Source: the human T2T-CHM13v2.0 reference genome, Homo sapiens. From it: a stretch of 64,000 bases of DNA. The notes under the pieces are model-generated. The model was not told the origin of the DNA. It saw only the letters and a list, made by a program, of their open reading frames with translations, and did no database searches. Positions 1 through 13,799 of the stretch are shown in pieces. Position 1 is the first letter of the stretch. Every line of letters starts with the position of its first letter. Both the position numbers and the translations under genes were made by a program. The stretch lies in assembly GCF_009914755.1 (NCBI RefSeq), contig NC_060931.1; one strand, 5' to 3'.

Positions 1-169
1 AGGCCATACTGTATTAGGGGCCCACCCTACTCCAGTATGATCTCATCTTAGTTTAAATCATTACTTCTGCAATCACTCTATTTTCAAATCAAGTCACATT
101 CGAGGGCACTGGGCACTGAGATTTCAGCATATGAATTTGGAGAGGGCAGACACAACTCGACCCATAACA
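1..169 (-). mobile_element. MLT1 (MaLR) LTR, partial (runs off window)
   Basis: Matches the reverse complement of an MLT1 5' end (gggcccaccct...ctcatctt...gtcacatt...atatgaattt...cccataaca). Confidence 0.8.
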
Positions 170-614
170 TCATGTTTAGTAGAAGTTTGAACACAGTTAA
201 TCCCAGAACCTCTATCCTGGACTCAGTGATGAGTGGGGTTGACCTATAGTCTCTGGCTTCCTTTTGACTTCATTTAATTCTATATCCAGAAATGAATATT
301 TTATAGACTGGGATAGGTATTCACCTGAGTACAACCTACTCACCAGTCCATTATTTCTGACTCATAACTCAGGCTCTGGAAGCGAAGGAAGCAAAGAAGA
401 GTCAAGGAGAAGCCAGGGATCAAAACATACCTTGGGAGTATGGGAAATCCTAGGCAGTGTCCCCAGGCTATCTCCTAGTTACACACTCATCTTCCACTCC
501 CTATTACTCATATCCAGTCTTTAGGAAAGAATGGAAGCATCTATGACTTGGATTTTCACTTTCAACTTACATCACTGAAATAACAATGGCCAGCCTTAAT
601 CTCACCTTTATAAC

Positions 615-737
615 ATGATTTCATTTAATCTTCGCAACAACTCTACAAAGCAATATAGATATGGAATCCGAGGCTTAGAGTTCACACAGACAGTAAGTAG
701 CAGACCCAGGACTTAAACTCCTATCTTGTCTGACTCA
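615..737 (-). mobile_element. MIR fragment
   Basis: tcatttaatcttcgcaacaactct is the reverse complement of the MIR core; also gaggcttagag...gtctgactc. Confidence 0.65.
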
Positions 738-2741
738 TAACTTAGGCTCTGGAAGGGAAGAAAGCAAAGAAGAGATGCTTGAAGGTCCACACTGCATAAT
801 GGATATAAATCTTAGGCCCATTTCTAGGGCTTTGTCACACCAGGGTAGGCTGATCACTACACAGAAGAGGACCCTCAAACAAACCTCATGTCCACCCTTT
901 TCTGCCTCTTACAAAGATTGCCCACGTGCTAACCTCCCTTCCTTCTACAATTACCTAGAATATAAATTTGGAGCCCTTTGTAGAGCACTCCCGCAGAGTT
1001 CAGTGACTTTCTAAAAGAGATGCTATAACATAGATGCTCTTAATAGGAAACTGGTATGTGTCCCCTGGTCAGTGTGAACACAGTTTTCTTAAAGGTCAAA
1101 GCCAGAAAGCTCTGGCCATAATCTCACCCAAACTACATTTGAGCGCTAGAGGATTCACTGTGAGCCAACAATTACTGTGGAATTCATTGCTTATTATTTT
1201 TTCCAGAGACTATGGCTTTTCTTCTCTTATCAAGATTTTTGTGCAGATGATTGTTCCAAAAGAGTTTGCAAGGATAACATACAAATGTGCAAAAGTCACA
1301 AATTATTTTCATGCTGATATAATTTAATGTTTTAATGAAGCCACTAAACAATGTGCAACAGGTAGCAGGACTTGTATCTCTGTAACTCATGATAATTAAT
1401 TCAAGGGGTAAACAACTGGAGCATTGAATAATGTTGTCCTAAGGCTGAGCAAAAGGGAAAAAGAGGAATGAGAGAAAGAAATGTAAAGCCTGAGAGCTCT
1501 CAAACCATGTTATGGTGTCAGTCATATTTTGAGGGGACTTGCAGGAAGAAACAGCAACAAAATTTAGAAGAAATAAAAAATGAGTCCGTCTCCTTGTTAT
1601 TTATTTGTTGCTGTCTTTTCATGACCACATGAAATTAGACATAGCAGCCCTCAGAAAAACTTGGTCTATGTACTGAGGGAGTCCATGCTTACTCAATTAC
1701 CTGTACCACTCTGGATTGTGTTAGCTTTGTCGTCATTGAAGTCTCAATGTTGTCATCCTTCAAATCATTATTTCCCAATTTTCTAGAAAACATTTTCCTG
1801 GTATTTTCAGGAGAATGAATTGTCCTCACCCTAAAGTACTCTTCTTTCCAGTCACTGTCACCACCTTACAGAGGTTTACAATAGTTGCTTTCCCCTTCCC
1901 TTATGCTATCATCTCCCAATCTAATTTTGATCAAAGCTAGAGAATGCTACGTCATTTGGATCATTTTATCACTGTCTGCAGTGATTTTCCAGTTCCTGTC
2001 AGACTCTTTGACTCTAACCTTCCAGAGATGCACAATTTGTCTTTTAAACCTTTTAGCCAAATATAAGTTGAGTCATTTTGGAGCTTAGAGCTCCAACATA
2101 GAACCAAAATTTAAGCACGAACATATGGCTTTGATGTAGAATCACATTCCTGTTCCCTGTGTACTGTGTTCATCTCTGCTCATTACACTGTATTATTTCT
2201 GATGAGACTGCAACCAGACTCAAGAAATATCCTCTTTCTTGGAACAGTAGATCCATCCTTAGACTATTTTCTCTAGGTTCTCTTTGTTTCATACAAGAAG
2301 GGCCATGTAACTCAATCTACTCCTGTTTCCTGTAATTTTCACCTCTTTACTACCTTCCTTCTAAGATAAAAGAGATATGATTTTCATTTCCATAGTGGAA
2401 ACTACTCAGTAAGAGTACAAGTGTATGTGGCTCTAAAAATTTTTTTAAAAAACACACTTGATACAATAAAATGGAATCTTACATGAAATAAAATAATTTA
2501 CCATAGAGCTTTAATTATGATTCAGCTTACAAAATAACATGTACAAGCAAATGTTCAGTTATTAATGGAAGGAATGTATCTATAATTATGGCAGCAAGGT
2601 TCTGAAATCTTCATACCCTGTCCCATCAGCAGCAAGGAAAATTTTTAGTGACATAAATAATTAACACTGATAACAGGTTTTTCATGAAACAAAATTTGAT
2701 ACTCTTTCTTCCTATTTTGAAAGAGAAATGCTACCTCATCA

Positions 2742-3109
<368 letters not shown>

Positions 3110-4971
3110 CTATCTTTTAGTATTCAGGTCCTTCCAGAGTCTTCTGGAATATAAGATAAAAATAGACAAGAATCTGCCAGGTAGAATATTTGAAATTGTT
3201 ATACAATCCAGTCTACTGGCATCATGGAAATAAGTAATGAGATGCCTCAAATCCAGCCCAAAGGCAAACATTCTAGAAAAGGTTCATTTATAAGTTAAAA
3301 AATCTTCCCACATTTCATTATTAGCTTAAAGTTTAACACTACACTCATTACCATTAAACTCTTCCACAGTAACCACTGGGATATAAAAAGAGGGGAGGAA
3401 AAAAAATCAAACAATGTGGTGTTCATCTGCAATTCTGAGATGCTGTCCTTGTTGGGGAGTGTTAGCCAGTGACTTCGTCTTCTTTCTGAGGTGTTCTGGC
3501 CTCTCATGGACTCTTAGCCATTAGCACTGGAAAAGGTCCCCAGATAGATCAAAACACTACTGACGTCATATCAACAGGTATGTTATTTAGATCTATGTAT
3601 TGTCTTCCCAAGATCTAGCTAAAAAGTAAAAATTAAAATATATATAAACAAATATCAAAATTACATAAAAGAATACAGAAAGACAAAAAGGAGAGGAATA
3701 CAGACCAAGGTGGATTCAAAGTATCCTTTATCTTCAGACTTCTGTTGCTTAAACTGAGTTCTAGCATTTCTACATTAAAAAATCTGTTTTAAAACTTAAT
3801 CCAGATACACAAAAGAGAAAACACATCTGCCGTTCTACCCACTTTATGCCAGCCCCTTTCCTCTTCTCTCCAGGGGAAGAGGAAATGCTAACCAGATTGA
3901 TAAGGTTCAAAATACTCCTTTGGCCACACTTAAAAGTGCAAGAATTCACTATGCACTTAAAGTGCAATATCTGCACACAGATTCTCTCTTGGCCTTCTTT
4001 CTTGGGGCTGAGCATGTAAATCAACCTGGAATTGCCACCAAGGAAAGGCAGGGCCTTCCAGGCCTTTGGAAGCTGGTCATCGTTCTTACTACTGTAACTT
4101 GTGCTGCCCAGAGAGTGCTTAACATGCCAAAACAGATATTGGGGTAGGGGGCCCTGCTTAGGTTTACATGAATGCTTTTAAAATAAACACTGATAAATGG
4201 AGTGTGTCTGGAGGAAGGTAACCCTTTGAGAATCACTGATCTAGGATATGTGGATCAGATAAATCGCCCTGGATTAACTGCCCCTCCCCTTCTCTCCTCT
4301 TGAAAGATAAATTGTAATTCAAGGAGGCAGCCATGGATGAGGCAAAAATTGATTCTGCTGGCAAATCAGACTTGAGTCCTATGTATAAACATTCAGTCCG
4401 TAAAAGTGCATTCTTATCCTCATCCAAAAAGCTCAGCTGGAGGAACTGCTTCTCCTTCACTTCCCTGCACCATCCTCAGGTTATAGCCATTTCAGAAACT
4501 CCTCCTCATCAAGGCTGCCTGTTTTCTTCATAACTTAATAGCACTAGATAACAGAACTGGTAGAGCAGAGAAGGGGGCACACAGTATAAATTGCCCCAGA
4601 TCCTGCACCCTCCACCTCACCCCAAAGGCTGCCCACTTCCTAGAACTAATTAGAAAAAGTTCAATAAATAATGCATTAGCCATCCTTTTGAAATTCTTCA
4701 TGGGTCTGCAGCCATAGGTCCTGCTAAATTTTACACTTGATAAGCTAACCAATTCTTGATTTTATTTCAAAATTCAGAGGAATAAGGAAACTGCTTCTTT
4801 CTTTTCCAGGAAATTCATTTAAAAATTTGCACCTCACATACAATAATATCACTCATAGTAAGTCTGAAGCTGAAGAGAGGGGAGCAGGGTTTTCTCCCTA
4901 AATTTCATCCTACTAATCTTTGAAAATCCTCAGGTATTAATCTTAATTAATAGTATTAGTACTATCTCCCA

Positions 4972-5113
4972 GCTGGGCATGGTGGCTCATGACTATAATT
5001 CCAGCAATTTGGGAGGCTCAGGCAGGCAGATTGCTTTAGCCAAGGAGTTCAAAACCAGCCTGGGAAACACGCAAAAACCCTGTCTCTACCAAAAAAAAAA
5101 AAAAAAAAAAAAA
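4972..5113 (+). mobile_element. Alu left monomer (FLAM/AluJ-like) with A23 tail
   Basis: Single Alu arm followed directly by poly(A). Confidence 0.85.
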
Positions 5114-5374
5114 AGAGAGAGAATATATCTCCGTCTCACCAGCAGTAATGGAGGAAGAAGTCACAGAAACAAAAGTATTCTAAGATACAAGTATCAAGAT
5201 ATTCACTGCCACATTTTTAAAATGGCAAACACCTGGAATCAACCAAAATATCCAGTTTGACAAAGAAAACTATTTTTAAAAAACCTTTGGTTTTTTAAAA
5301 ATCTGTGGCATTTTGGGGGGGGGGGGAGTATCTTCATGATATATACTTAACATTTTTTATTTAAACAAAAAAGA

Positions 5375-5510
5375 TGGCTCTCTTGCTCCTATTCCCACCA
5401 TGTGAGACATGCCTGCTCCCCCATCACCTTCTGCCATGATTAAAGGTTTCCTGAGGCCTCCCCAGCAGCCAAGCAGATGCCAGCATCATGCTTCCTGGAA
5501 AGCCTGCATA
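5375..5510 (+). mobile_element. MST (MaLR) LTR fragment
   Basis: ccatgtgagacatgcctgctcc...ccatgatt...cctgaggcctcccca...agcagatgccagcatcatgcttcctg. Confidence 0.75.
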
Positions 5511-6624
5511 ACGAGTTTGGCTCCTCTTTGCCATCTGGTCTCCCAATTATCTCCTGAGGTTTCTAGGACAGACTTCCACTGCTCTAGTGCATACTTGTAG
5601 AATGATAGAATGTTGAATGTGGACTGGCCCAGGAAATCTTCTCTTCTCTTCTCCAGTTTTCAAGAGGGGAATCCAAGACATCAAGAAGGAACTGGTTCAA
5701 AGTTATTGAGATGGTTCTCAGTGGAGACCTGACTCACCTTGAAACTCCTATAGCCCCTACACCAGAACCCAACATTTAAAACTAGGTGATATAGTCTATC
5801 TTGAGATATTCCTGTCCTTGTGCAGAGAAGTCAACTTGAGGAGTTTAATTTATATCCCTACTCAACTTCCAAGGCATTTCTTTGCTGATACAAGGTCTCT
5901 TTTAGATTTTGTATACTTCCATCCCCACTGACACTACAAAGAAGAGTCCTTTGGGGTCATCCTCATAGCTGTCACATTGGCATCTGCTGACCTTAGGTTT
6001 TTCTTTCACAATACTCTGAATTACTTCATTTACATTCTTTCAATCTTAACGTGTTCTGTTTTTAGTATTAAATGTCCTATCATCTGTATGCATTTTTGTG
6101 AGCATAGTTTTTAACATAGCAATAACCAGGAAAGACCTAAACAAGCCCAGTCAGCAAGTCAGCAGCCATGCTACACAGTAATTCAGGTTAGTGCTTGAAA
6201 TGCTAATAGTAATTCATGTTAGTACTGTGTTCATTTAAATGGAATTGATATAGTTTTGGCTTAACTCTGTATTATTTTGGTGCTCAGCTCCACAAAAACT
6301 TTCCCCTTACAATTAATTATAAAAAGTTTTCAAAATATGAGGAATAATTGTATGAAGTATATTTTCAGTGTGGAAAGGCAAGAAGAGTTCATCTTCTATT
6401 CATCCTGAGTTGTCTGTCAATTGTCTCCTGTGAAGCCACCAGTCAGCTCAGGGATCTTGATTACAGGCTTGATTCTCAAGCCCTGAGAGCGGCTGATCAC
6501 ATGAAAACACAAGCTTTGGGTTCTAAACAAACCAGGCAGTAATTCTGGGAGAGTTTTAGAACCATTTCTGCATTGCAGACTGCTTCAATCACTTAACCCC
6601 CCACTTTTGTTTGTTTTAAGTGTT

Positions 6625-6850
6625 TCTTCTTATTTATTTAATTTTACAAATTAAAATTGTATATATTTATGATATATAGCATGATGTTTTGAAATATGTA
6701 TACGTTGTGAAATGGCTACATCAAGCTAATTCACATATGTATTACCTCACATACTTATTAATTTGTGGTGAGAATACTTAAAATCTACTCTTACCAATTT
6801 TCAAGTGCACAATATATTGTTATTAACTATAGTCACCATGTTGTATACAA
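6625..6850 (-). mobile_element. L1MA 3' end fragment
   Basis: Reverse complement of an L1MA 3' UTR (ttaactatagtcaccatgttgta) with a T-rich tail on the left. Confidence 0.75.
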
Positions 6851-6930
6851 TAACAGCCTCTTCAACAAATGGTGTCGGAAAACCGAAAAAAAAAAGAATG
6901 GCATGACCCCCAATGGGGTAAATTTCTTTA

Positions 6931-6968
6931 AGTGTGTGTGTGTGTGTGTGTATTTGTGTGTGTGTGTC
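6931..6968. repeat. (TG)n microsatellite, interrupted
   Basis: Seen directly. Confidence 0.9.
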
Positions 6969-6984
6969 CCCATAAAGGTATATC

Positions 6985-7420
6985 CATTCATTCAACAGAC
7001 ATGTACTATGATCTATTATGTGCCAGACACTGTTCTCTTCTAGATAGTATGGAAACAGAGGGGAAAAAGACAAATTCCCTTTTCTCATGGAGTTTGCTTG
7101 TGAGTGGAGGATAAAGATAATAAACAAGTAAACAGATAAATAAGATACTTTCAAGTAGTTATCAATGCTATAAAGAAAATAGAAGAGACTAATTGACAAA
7201 TCACGTAGATAGGGTGAGCTAAGACCTGAAAGCCAGATTCAGTTGGGGAAGAGTCTTTCAGGCAGAGAAATTATCTGATTAAAACTCTCAGACAGCACAA
7301 AGCCGTTGAGGTGAAATATGGCCAAGGGAGATGACAGACAAGGAAGGAGTAGGCAGAGCTAGATCAAGAAGAGTTTTGTGAAGCTGGAGTTCAGGGGAAG
7401 GTGACCTAGAATGACTTACA
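6985..7420 (-). mobile_element. L2 3' end fragment
   Basis: cattcattcaacag...tatgtgccagacactgttct is the reverse complement of the L2 3' tail. Confidence 0.7.
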
Positions 7421-9019
7421 TATTTTTAGCAATGCGTAAACATACTCATGCTGGTCCCCTAGGATGCATTAGAAACAGCTAAATATTGAAGGAAAAACTT
7501 TTTCTTTATTTTTTAAAAATTACGTGCATACAATTTTTGAATGTTTAATGAAAAGTGTGCTAAGAAGAGGAGGTGGCAAACTAATCCTAAGAATTTCTGT
7601 GTGCTTCTACGTTGTTTAATGTGCGATACTTTTTTTTCTAAGCATACCTGTAATGTTATCCTCACCAGACTCTGGACAACGCTAATGTCATATTAACATC
7701 AACTAACATTTGCAAGCTTCTAAACTCCCCACCAATTCAGACTGAAGTTACTTTTTAAAGTTCCTCCCTCTCTTCCAGCCCAATCTGAACCAATTACTTA
7801 AACTCCCTGCACCCTAGCTTGGGTTTCTTTAAAGGAGAATAATATCTGCCACAGAGGTAATGAGTTAATGCACTTGTCCTCAAACAGGTGTATATTGAAA
7901 CCGCACAGAAAGTTAATACATGACAGAGAGGCTCAGAGAAATAGAGTTAAGACTCAGCCCTCTCAATAAGTGGCAGTGTATGGTACTGTGTCTGCTTTAG
8001 CCTCCCTGTCCCCACCATGGGACAGTGATGTATTGGTGTCCAAACCTGCCTACGCTGTTGGCAGCATCTCCCAACACCACTGGCTGACTCAGCAGCCCAG
8101 AAGTAAGGACTAGGCTCTGGCATGGCAGCCATTGTGCCTACTATGAGAGCCATCACAGTTCCTGTGTCCTAGCCAGACTGACAGGACCGTACTAAGGCTC
8201 TGGCTCTTCCCTCTAGCTCAGAAGAAGAGCTGCATGGGATCTGGGTCCCCCAGTGCAGCAACCAGGCAAATACAACTCACAAGTCTGGAGAAGATTACAT
8301 CCTGTGAGAGATGAGATAAAGAAAAGAACCAACAGATAAATTCCTTGCTTTTCTAGTTCCATCCCCTACTCTCTTGCCCACATCCTCAGCCCCAACCAAA
8401 CCTTCACACTGGATGGATGGTTCTATGATCGGTCCCTAAAGCCATTTTCCAGGTCCCCAAATTCATGCCAAGCCAAAGTGCACTGTTAAAACTGGTTATG
8501 AAATATAGCAGACAAAGAGCATACCCTACACCCACGCACTCCAAAAAGTACGAAAGGCTGTGGAACACAGCCCACAAGACAGATATCTGAGAAAACAGAA
8601 ACAGAGTCTGCTGGGTTGGCAGCAACCTCCTTGATACAACAGAGAGTCCTTGCCACTCTTGACCAACAGGGCTTGATATTTGCTGTGGACCAGTGACAGT
8701 TGGATGTTTTTCACTCTGTCCCTTTCCAAATGGAAGCTTATTCTGCAGTTTTTCCTGCTTTTTAATCATTGCATATGATTGTGTTGGGAACCAGTAACTT
8801 TTATTTCAGTTTACATGTCATCTGACCCTAGGGAAACACAAGGAGACCTGATGGAAAGGCATGAACAAAGATCCTGAACTTTGAGAAGAAAGTAAGAGAA
8901 TTAGATAAACAGGAAGAAAAATGTGACATTGGTGCCAAAGAGGTGGATTATGAAAATTCTCTTTACCAGCATGATACAACCGTACTCTAGTTCCTTTATC
9001 TCTGCTTGCAATAGCTGCT

Positions 9020-10320
9020 ATTCCTTAATTTTTTTTTAATATTTGCCACTCTGGGAGGTACAAAGCAATATGACAATGTTAATTTAGTTTTCATTTTTAT
9101 GACTTCTAGTGCATTAGAGCCTCTTTTTAATATATTTATTGGCTATTTGGATTTGCTCTTTTGTGAACTGCATATTCATATCTTGTGTTTATTTTTCCAC
9201 CAAGTTGTTTGGGATTTTTGGTCAACTTATAAGAGTTCTGTGTATATTAATTATAGTTATAAACCCTTACTAGGTCCATCATCTGCTTTGCAAATATTTG
9301 TTCCAAATCTAATAATTGTCAGTTAGCACATTGCTTACAGTTCCTTTTGCCATACAAAATTTTTAGTATTAAATTCTCAGATATATTAATCTTTAAAAAT
9401 ATCTTCCAGGATTCTTTAAATTCAGGTTTTTCTTTCCGCTAGATATTCTTCTAGATTTTTTCTAAAATTCTTATTTTAATTATTATATTTAAGTCTTTTA
9501 ACTGAAATTGACTTTTGAATATGTGAGATGTAGGAATTCAATTCTTTTTCTTATAAAGGGACAGTCAGTTGTGTCAACACCAATTATTAAATAAACATTT
9601 TTTTCCCTAAATTGAAATAATAATGTCAACATCTTAAATTTTCATCTTTCCTGTTGTGGATGGACTATTTGTCTACTCCTATGCCAGTTCCACATGCTGG
9701 ATTATGGTGGTTTTATGTTCTGATATCTGAGAAATCCTCCTCATTATTCTGCTTCTAGATACATGTATTTTTCTTGGCTATTTGTGAGTATATTTTTCTT
9801 CCAGCTGAACTTTAAAGTCATTGTATATAGTTCTAATAAACAAATCCAAGTTAGTATTCTAATTGGAATTGCAAGAAATATATTAATTGAGTTGAGATAA
9901 TTAGCTTTTTTTTTTAGACAGCGTCTCACTCTGTTACCTAGGCTCACTGCAACCTCAGCCTCCTGGGCTCAAGCAATTCTCATGTCTCAGCCTCCTGAGT
10001 GGCTGGGATTATAGGTGTGTGCCACCATGCACAGCTAATTTTCGTATTTTTTGTAGAGACAGGGTTTCACCATGTTGGCCAGGCTGGTCTTGAACTCCCA
10101 GGCATAAGCATTCTGCCTGTCTCAGCCTCCCAAAAAGCTGGGATTACTAGCATGAGCCACCATGCCTGGCCTATAATTAGCTTTTTCATAATTAAATCTT
10201 ATCCAAGAATTTGGTGTGCCTTTCAATTTGTTCACACCTTGATTTTTATATTGAAAATGTTATAGTTTTGTTCATGTCGATCCTTTATTTATTTTGTTAA
10301 AATTTTTGATGAATTGATTG
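9020..10320 (-). mobile_element. Old L1M ORF2-region fragment, interrupted by an Alu
   Basis: T-rich antisense L1 motifs (tttattggctatttggat...cttttgtgaactgc; ttggaattgc). Confidence 0.65.
9906..10171 (-). mobile_element. AluJ with small internal deletion
   Basis: Antisense Alu with TSD ATAATTAGCTTTTT at 9897-9910 and 10173-10186. Confidence 0.93.
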
Positions 10321-10339
10321 CATTAATGACATCACAGGG

Positions 10340-10560
10340 AGACTACATTTTTCCATCTCATGTAACTTGCTTTGGTCAAAAGAATGCAGAAGTGACAGTA
10401 TGCTATTTCTACTCCTAGGCTTTAATATGCCTTGTATGTTTCTGCTTGTTCTATTTTACCTTTCCCATAGCCATGAAAATAGCTTCTCCCATAGTTGCTG
10501 CCCCTTTAACCTGGATACAGGCCCTGAAACACAGTCATCTACCCAAGCCCAGCCAAGAAT
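10340..10560 (+). mobile_element. MLT1 (old, J/I-like) LTR fragment
   Basis: catgtaacttgctttggtcaa...agaagtgacagt...cctaggcttta motif. Confidence 0.55.
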
Positions 10561-11094
10561 TATGGGTGAAAATACCTCATATGATGATCCATGCAAAGGT
10601 ACCATTTGCCGTTCCCACCGTGCTCTTATGAGGAAAGCAGCTCCCTGTTTTATCTGCATGAAGTTGTTGTGACTTACGCCATATACATAAACTATAACAA
10701 ACCCTGCCATTTTGATCACAGCAGATTGGAACAGATGTTGTAGTATATTATAAAGGCAGACAATGTAAGTTGATCATTAGGAAGAACTAATCCTTCAAGA
10801 AACTTGGAGTAAAACTGCCCAAGAGGGATGCTCTGTATCAGATGCTAACATCAACACAATCCATTCTTCTTGTTAAGGATGAAGTCATATGTACACAGAA
10901 GTGAGTCACCACAGCACGATAAGCAATTGCACGATAAGCAATTGCTCCATTTCTCCATGTAACTTGCTCACATGCCTATCTTGGAAGTGCTGAATATTCT
11001 CTTTGGGTCTGACCTATGAATGTCAACAAATCTCTACTTTCTCCACATGTCACTTGACTACTGTTTAGCCTTTTATTCTTCAACAACAGTAACT

Positions 11095-11345
11095 AATCTT
11101 TAAAAACATTTACCATATAATAACAAAAATAGTACTGAAGAGTTCCAGTATTTTATGTTTACATGTCTTATTTTGTTTAATCCTAATAAACTAATCTATA
11201 AGGTGCTTATTGTTGTCTCCTTTTTACAGATAAGGAAACTGAGGTCTACAGAGGAAAAAATAACAGCTTCGGTGTCACATAGGTTGTAAGCAGAGGAACT
11301 GGGCTACAAATCCGGATCTGTCTGGCTCCAAGGCCAGACTTCTAC
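11095..11345 (-). mobile_element. MIR
   Basis: ttttacagataaggaaactgagg core; tctggctccaaggcc. Confidence 0.8.
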
Positions 11346-11357
11346 ACTTCTATACAG

Positions 11358-11543
11358 CAGTGGTTCTCAAAGTGTGGTCCCCACACCAGCAGCATCAGCA
11401 TCACCTAGGAACTTGTTAGAAATGCAAATACAGTCCCACCCAAGCATACTGAATCAAAAACTTTGAGGCTAGGGCCCAGGAATCTGTTTTAACAAATCCT
11501 CCTCACTAAGATTCTGATCCCTGCTCAAGTTTGAGAACAACTG
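11358..11543. mobile_element. MER5A (hAT-Charlie MITE)
   Basis: TIRs CAGTGGTTCTCAAA...TTTGAGAACAACTG; internal cagcatcacct...gttagaaatgcaaat. Confidence 0.9.
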
Positions 11544-12964
11544 CTGTATATCACACTACCTTTACATAATAATATTAAGGGAAGTAAATAAGTCTGTGAG
11601 CAGAAATTATCTGAAAGACTTCCTAAAGAAGGTATACTGTAAGCCAAGCCTTAGAGGATAGAGAGAATATAAGTTGGTATAAACAGTGGCACTGTTTCTA
11701 GCATTTATTCCTATCTTCTTTATGGTACTATGAACTTTGAAGGAAGTATAATACAATGCTCAGTTCAGTACTGATACATATATATACTCAAGGCATTTTG
11801 TTCAATGAATAAAATTTTTGATAAAGGGTACCTAAATATACCAAATATAATCTTGTTTCAGGCCTTAAGTGAAATTGATTTTTACACTTCTGGATAATCT
11901 ATGTACAGCCAATTATATTTCAATGTTCTTATCTTTAAAGTCTATCTCGAACTCTTAAACCCCTCAGCACAAAGTGTTCAGGCCCTTATCTTATATGGCT
12001 CTCAGCATGAGTGCCACGTGCTTCTGTAACACTGTGAAGATAACACGGACAATTATGGTCAATTAGCTTTAACAAGTAGATTATTGCCTGAACAGTTGAA
12101 AGAAGACACATCAAATTTAGTCTTGTTAAATTGAGAATTTTTAAGAATGGGAGAAAAAAATTAAATCCTATGAAAAAGAAAAATAATACATTTTGTAGAA
12201 TATGAGATATACTTCATTCATTAAAATCTGAAGTGGGCCCCATATCTAATATATAGAAGATTATAATTGGTATTTCCATTCTAATTCATACAATGCTAAA
12301 ATGTTAAGATTGTGAATTCTCTTCTATTAGAGATAGTTCCATTGGTACAGATCACATAATAAAAATAATATATATTTATTTTTCATAGTAGCAAAGCCCT
12401 TGCCATAATTTTGATGAGCACTCTTTAGATATGCATTAGCACATAAATGCTTATATAATTTTGAATTCATAGAGTGCTCCCTAAAAGAATCTTATGTCCT
12501 AAAAACTTATACCCAAAATGGCCTGAATGATAAAAGACTTTTCACTGTGAGAAATGTGCTCCTCCCCCAAAAGCAATTGGGAAATGAGAAGCAACAAGCA
12601 AACAAGAGGCAGATAAGGCATGTCTTAATCAAATATATATATGGAGTCTTAAATATTCTTGCATACTTTTACATTCTTACATATACAGAAAGATTTCTTT
12701 AGGAAGATGGCTATTTTTGTTAATATATATATATGTGTGTATCATAACTTCCTCCAGGACACTTTAAAATACGGATCTAATTTGACGGAATCTAGACTGC
12801 CGGAAAAGAAGTAGTTCACAGCTAAGATAAATAAAATTTAAAGGACAGAGATCAATGTCTATGGAATTCAAAATGCTTTGAGCCAACATGTAAAAGCTAT
12901 ATTATAGCCTATTGCTTAGGACAGAGAAGTCATACTTACAGCAAATAAAAGCCTGATCCAGGCA

Positions 12965-13449
12965 GTTAAGGTTTATAATCTCCCTCCCTTCAGTGTGGGC
13001 TGGACTTAGTGACTTGCTTCTTACAAATAGAATATGGCAAAAGTGATGGCATATCACTTCTGAGATTTGTTTTCATAAGTTGTGGCTTTCATCTTAGATG
13101 CTGTCTCTCACTCCCTCGCATACTTGCTCTGAGAGAAGTCAGCTTGCTATGTTCAGGGCCCACATAGCAAGGAACTGAGGGAGGCCAACAGCCAATAAAG
13201 AACAGACACATAAGGCCAACATTCCAAGAGGAAGTGAATCCTGCCAACAACCACAGAAGGGAGCTTGGTAATGCATCTTTCCCCAGCCAAACCTCAGATG
13301 AGATTGCAGCCCTATCCAACAGCTTAGCAATAGCCTCACAAAAGACCCATAGTCAAGACTCATAGAAAATATGAGATAATGAATATTTCTTATTTTAAAT
13401 CATTAAGTTTTAGGGATAATTTGTTAAGCAGTGGTAGAAAACTAAAACA
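12965..13449 (+). mobile_element. MLT1F-like LTR
   Basis: gtgggctggacttagtgacttgcttc...aatcctgccaacaaccac...ataatttgtta...actaaaaca. Confidence 0.8.
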
Positions 13450-13799
13450 AAGGATGATTTGGAGTCCTGAAGAGAAGCTAAAATAGAACTCACAACTATA
13501 GCTCAGCATTGACTCAAACTTGAAAAGGGGAATGTATTTTTGATGTGTGTAATGCAAAGGTCAATCCCTAGGTAAGAGAAAAGATCTTGAGACTCAGGTA
13601 GTAATGACAGCAGAAGAGATTGGAAAGATGAATCCAGGTTCTATATCCTTCTCAAGTAACCCAGTAAAATGAGAATTTACTTTTAATTTTCCTTAAAATA
13701 TATGCCTCAAAATTCCTTTGTGAAATATAAACATTTGGTTGTACATTAGAATTAACTCTTCTGGACTATGTTAAAGAAAAAGGTAGGAAAATGGGGAAC

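Noticed and set aside
6850-6885. Short sense L1 ORF2-like snippet abutting the antisense L1MA 3' end (possible second inversion)
   Set aside because: Only ~30 bp and no TSD is visible, so it is too little to support.
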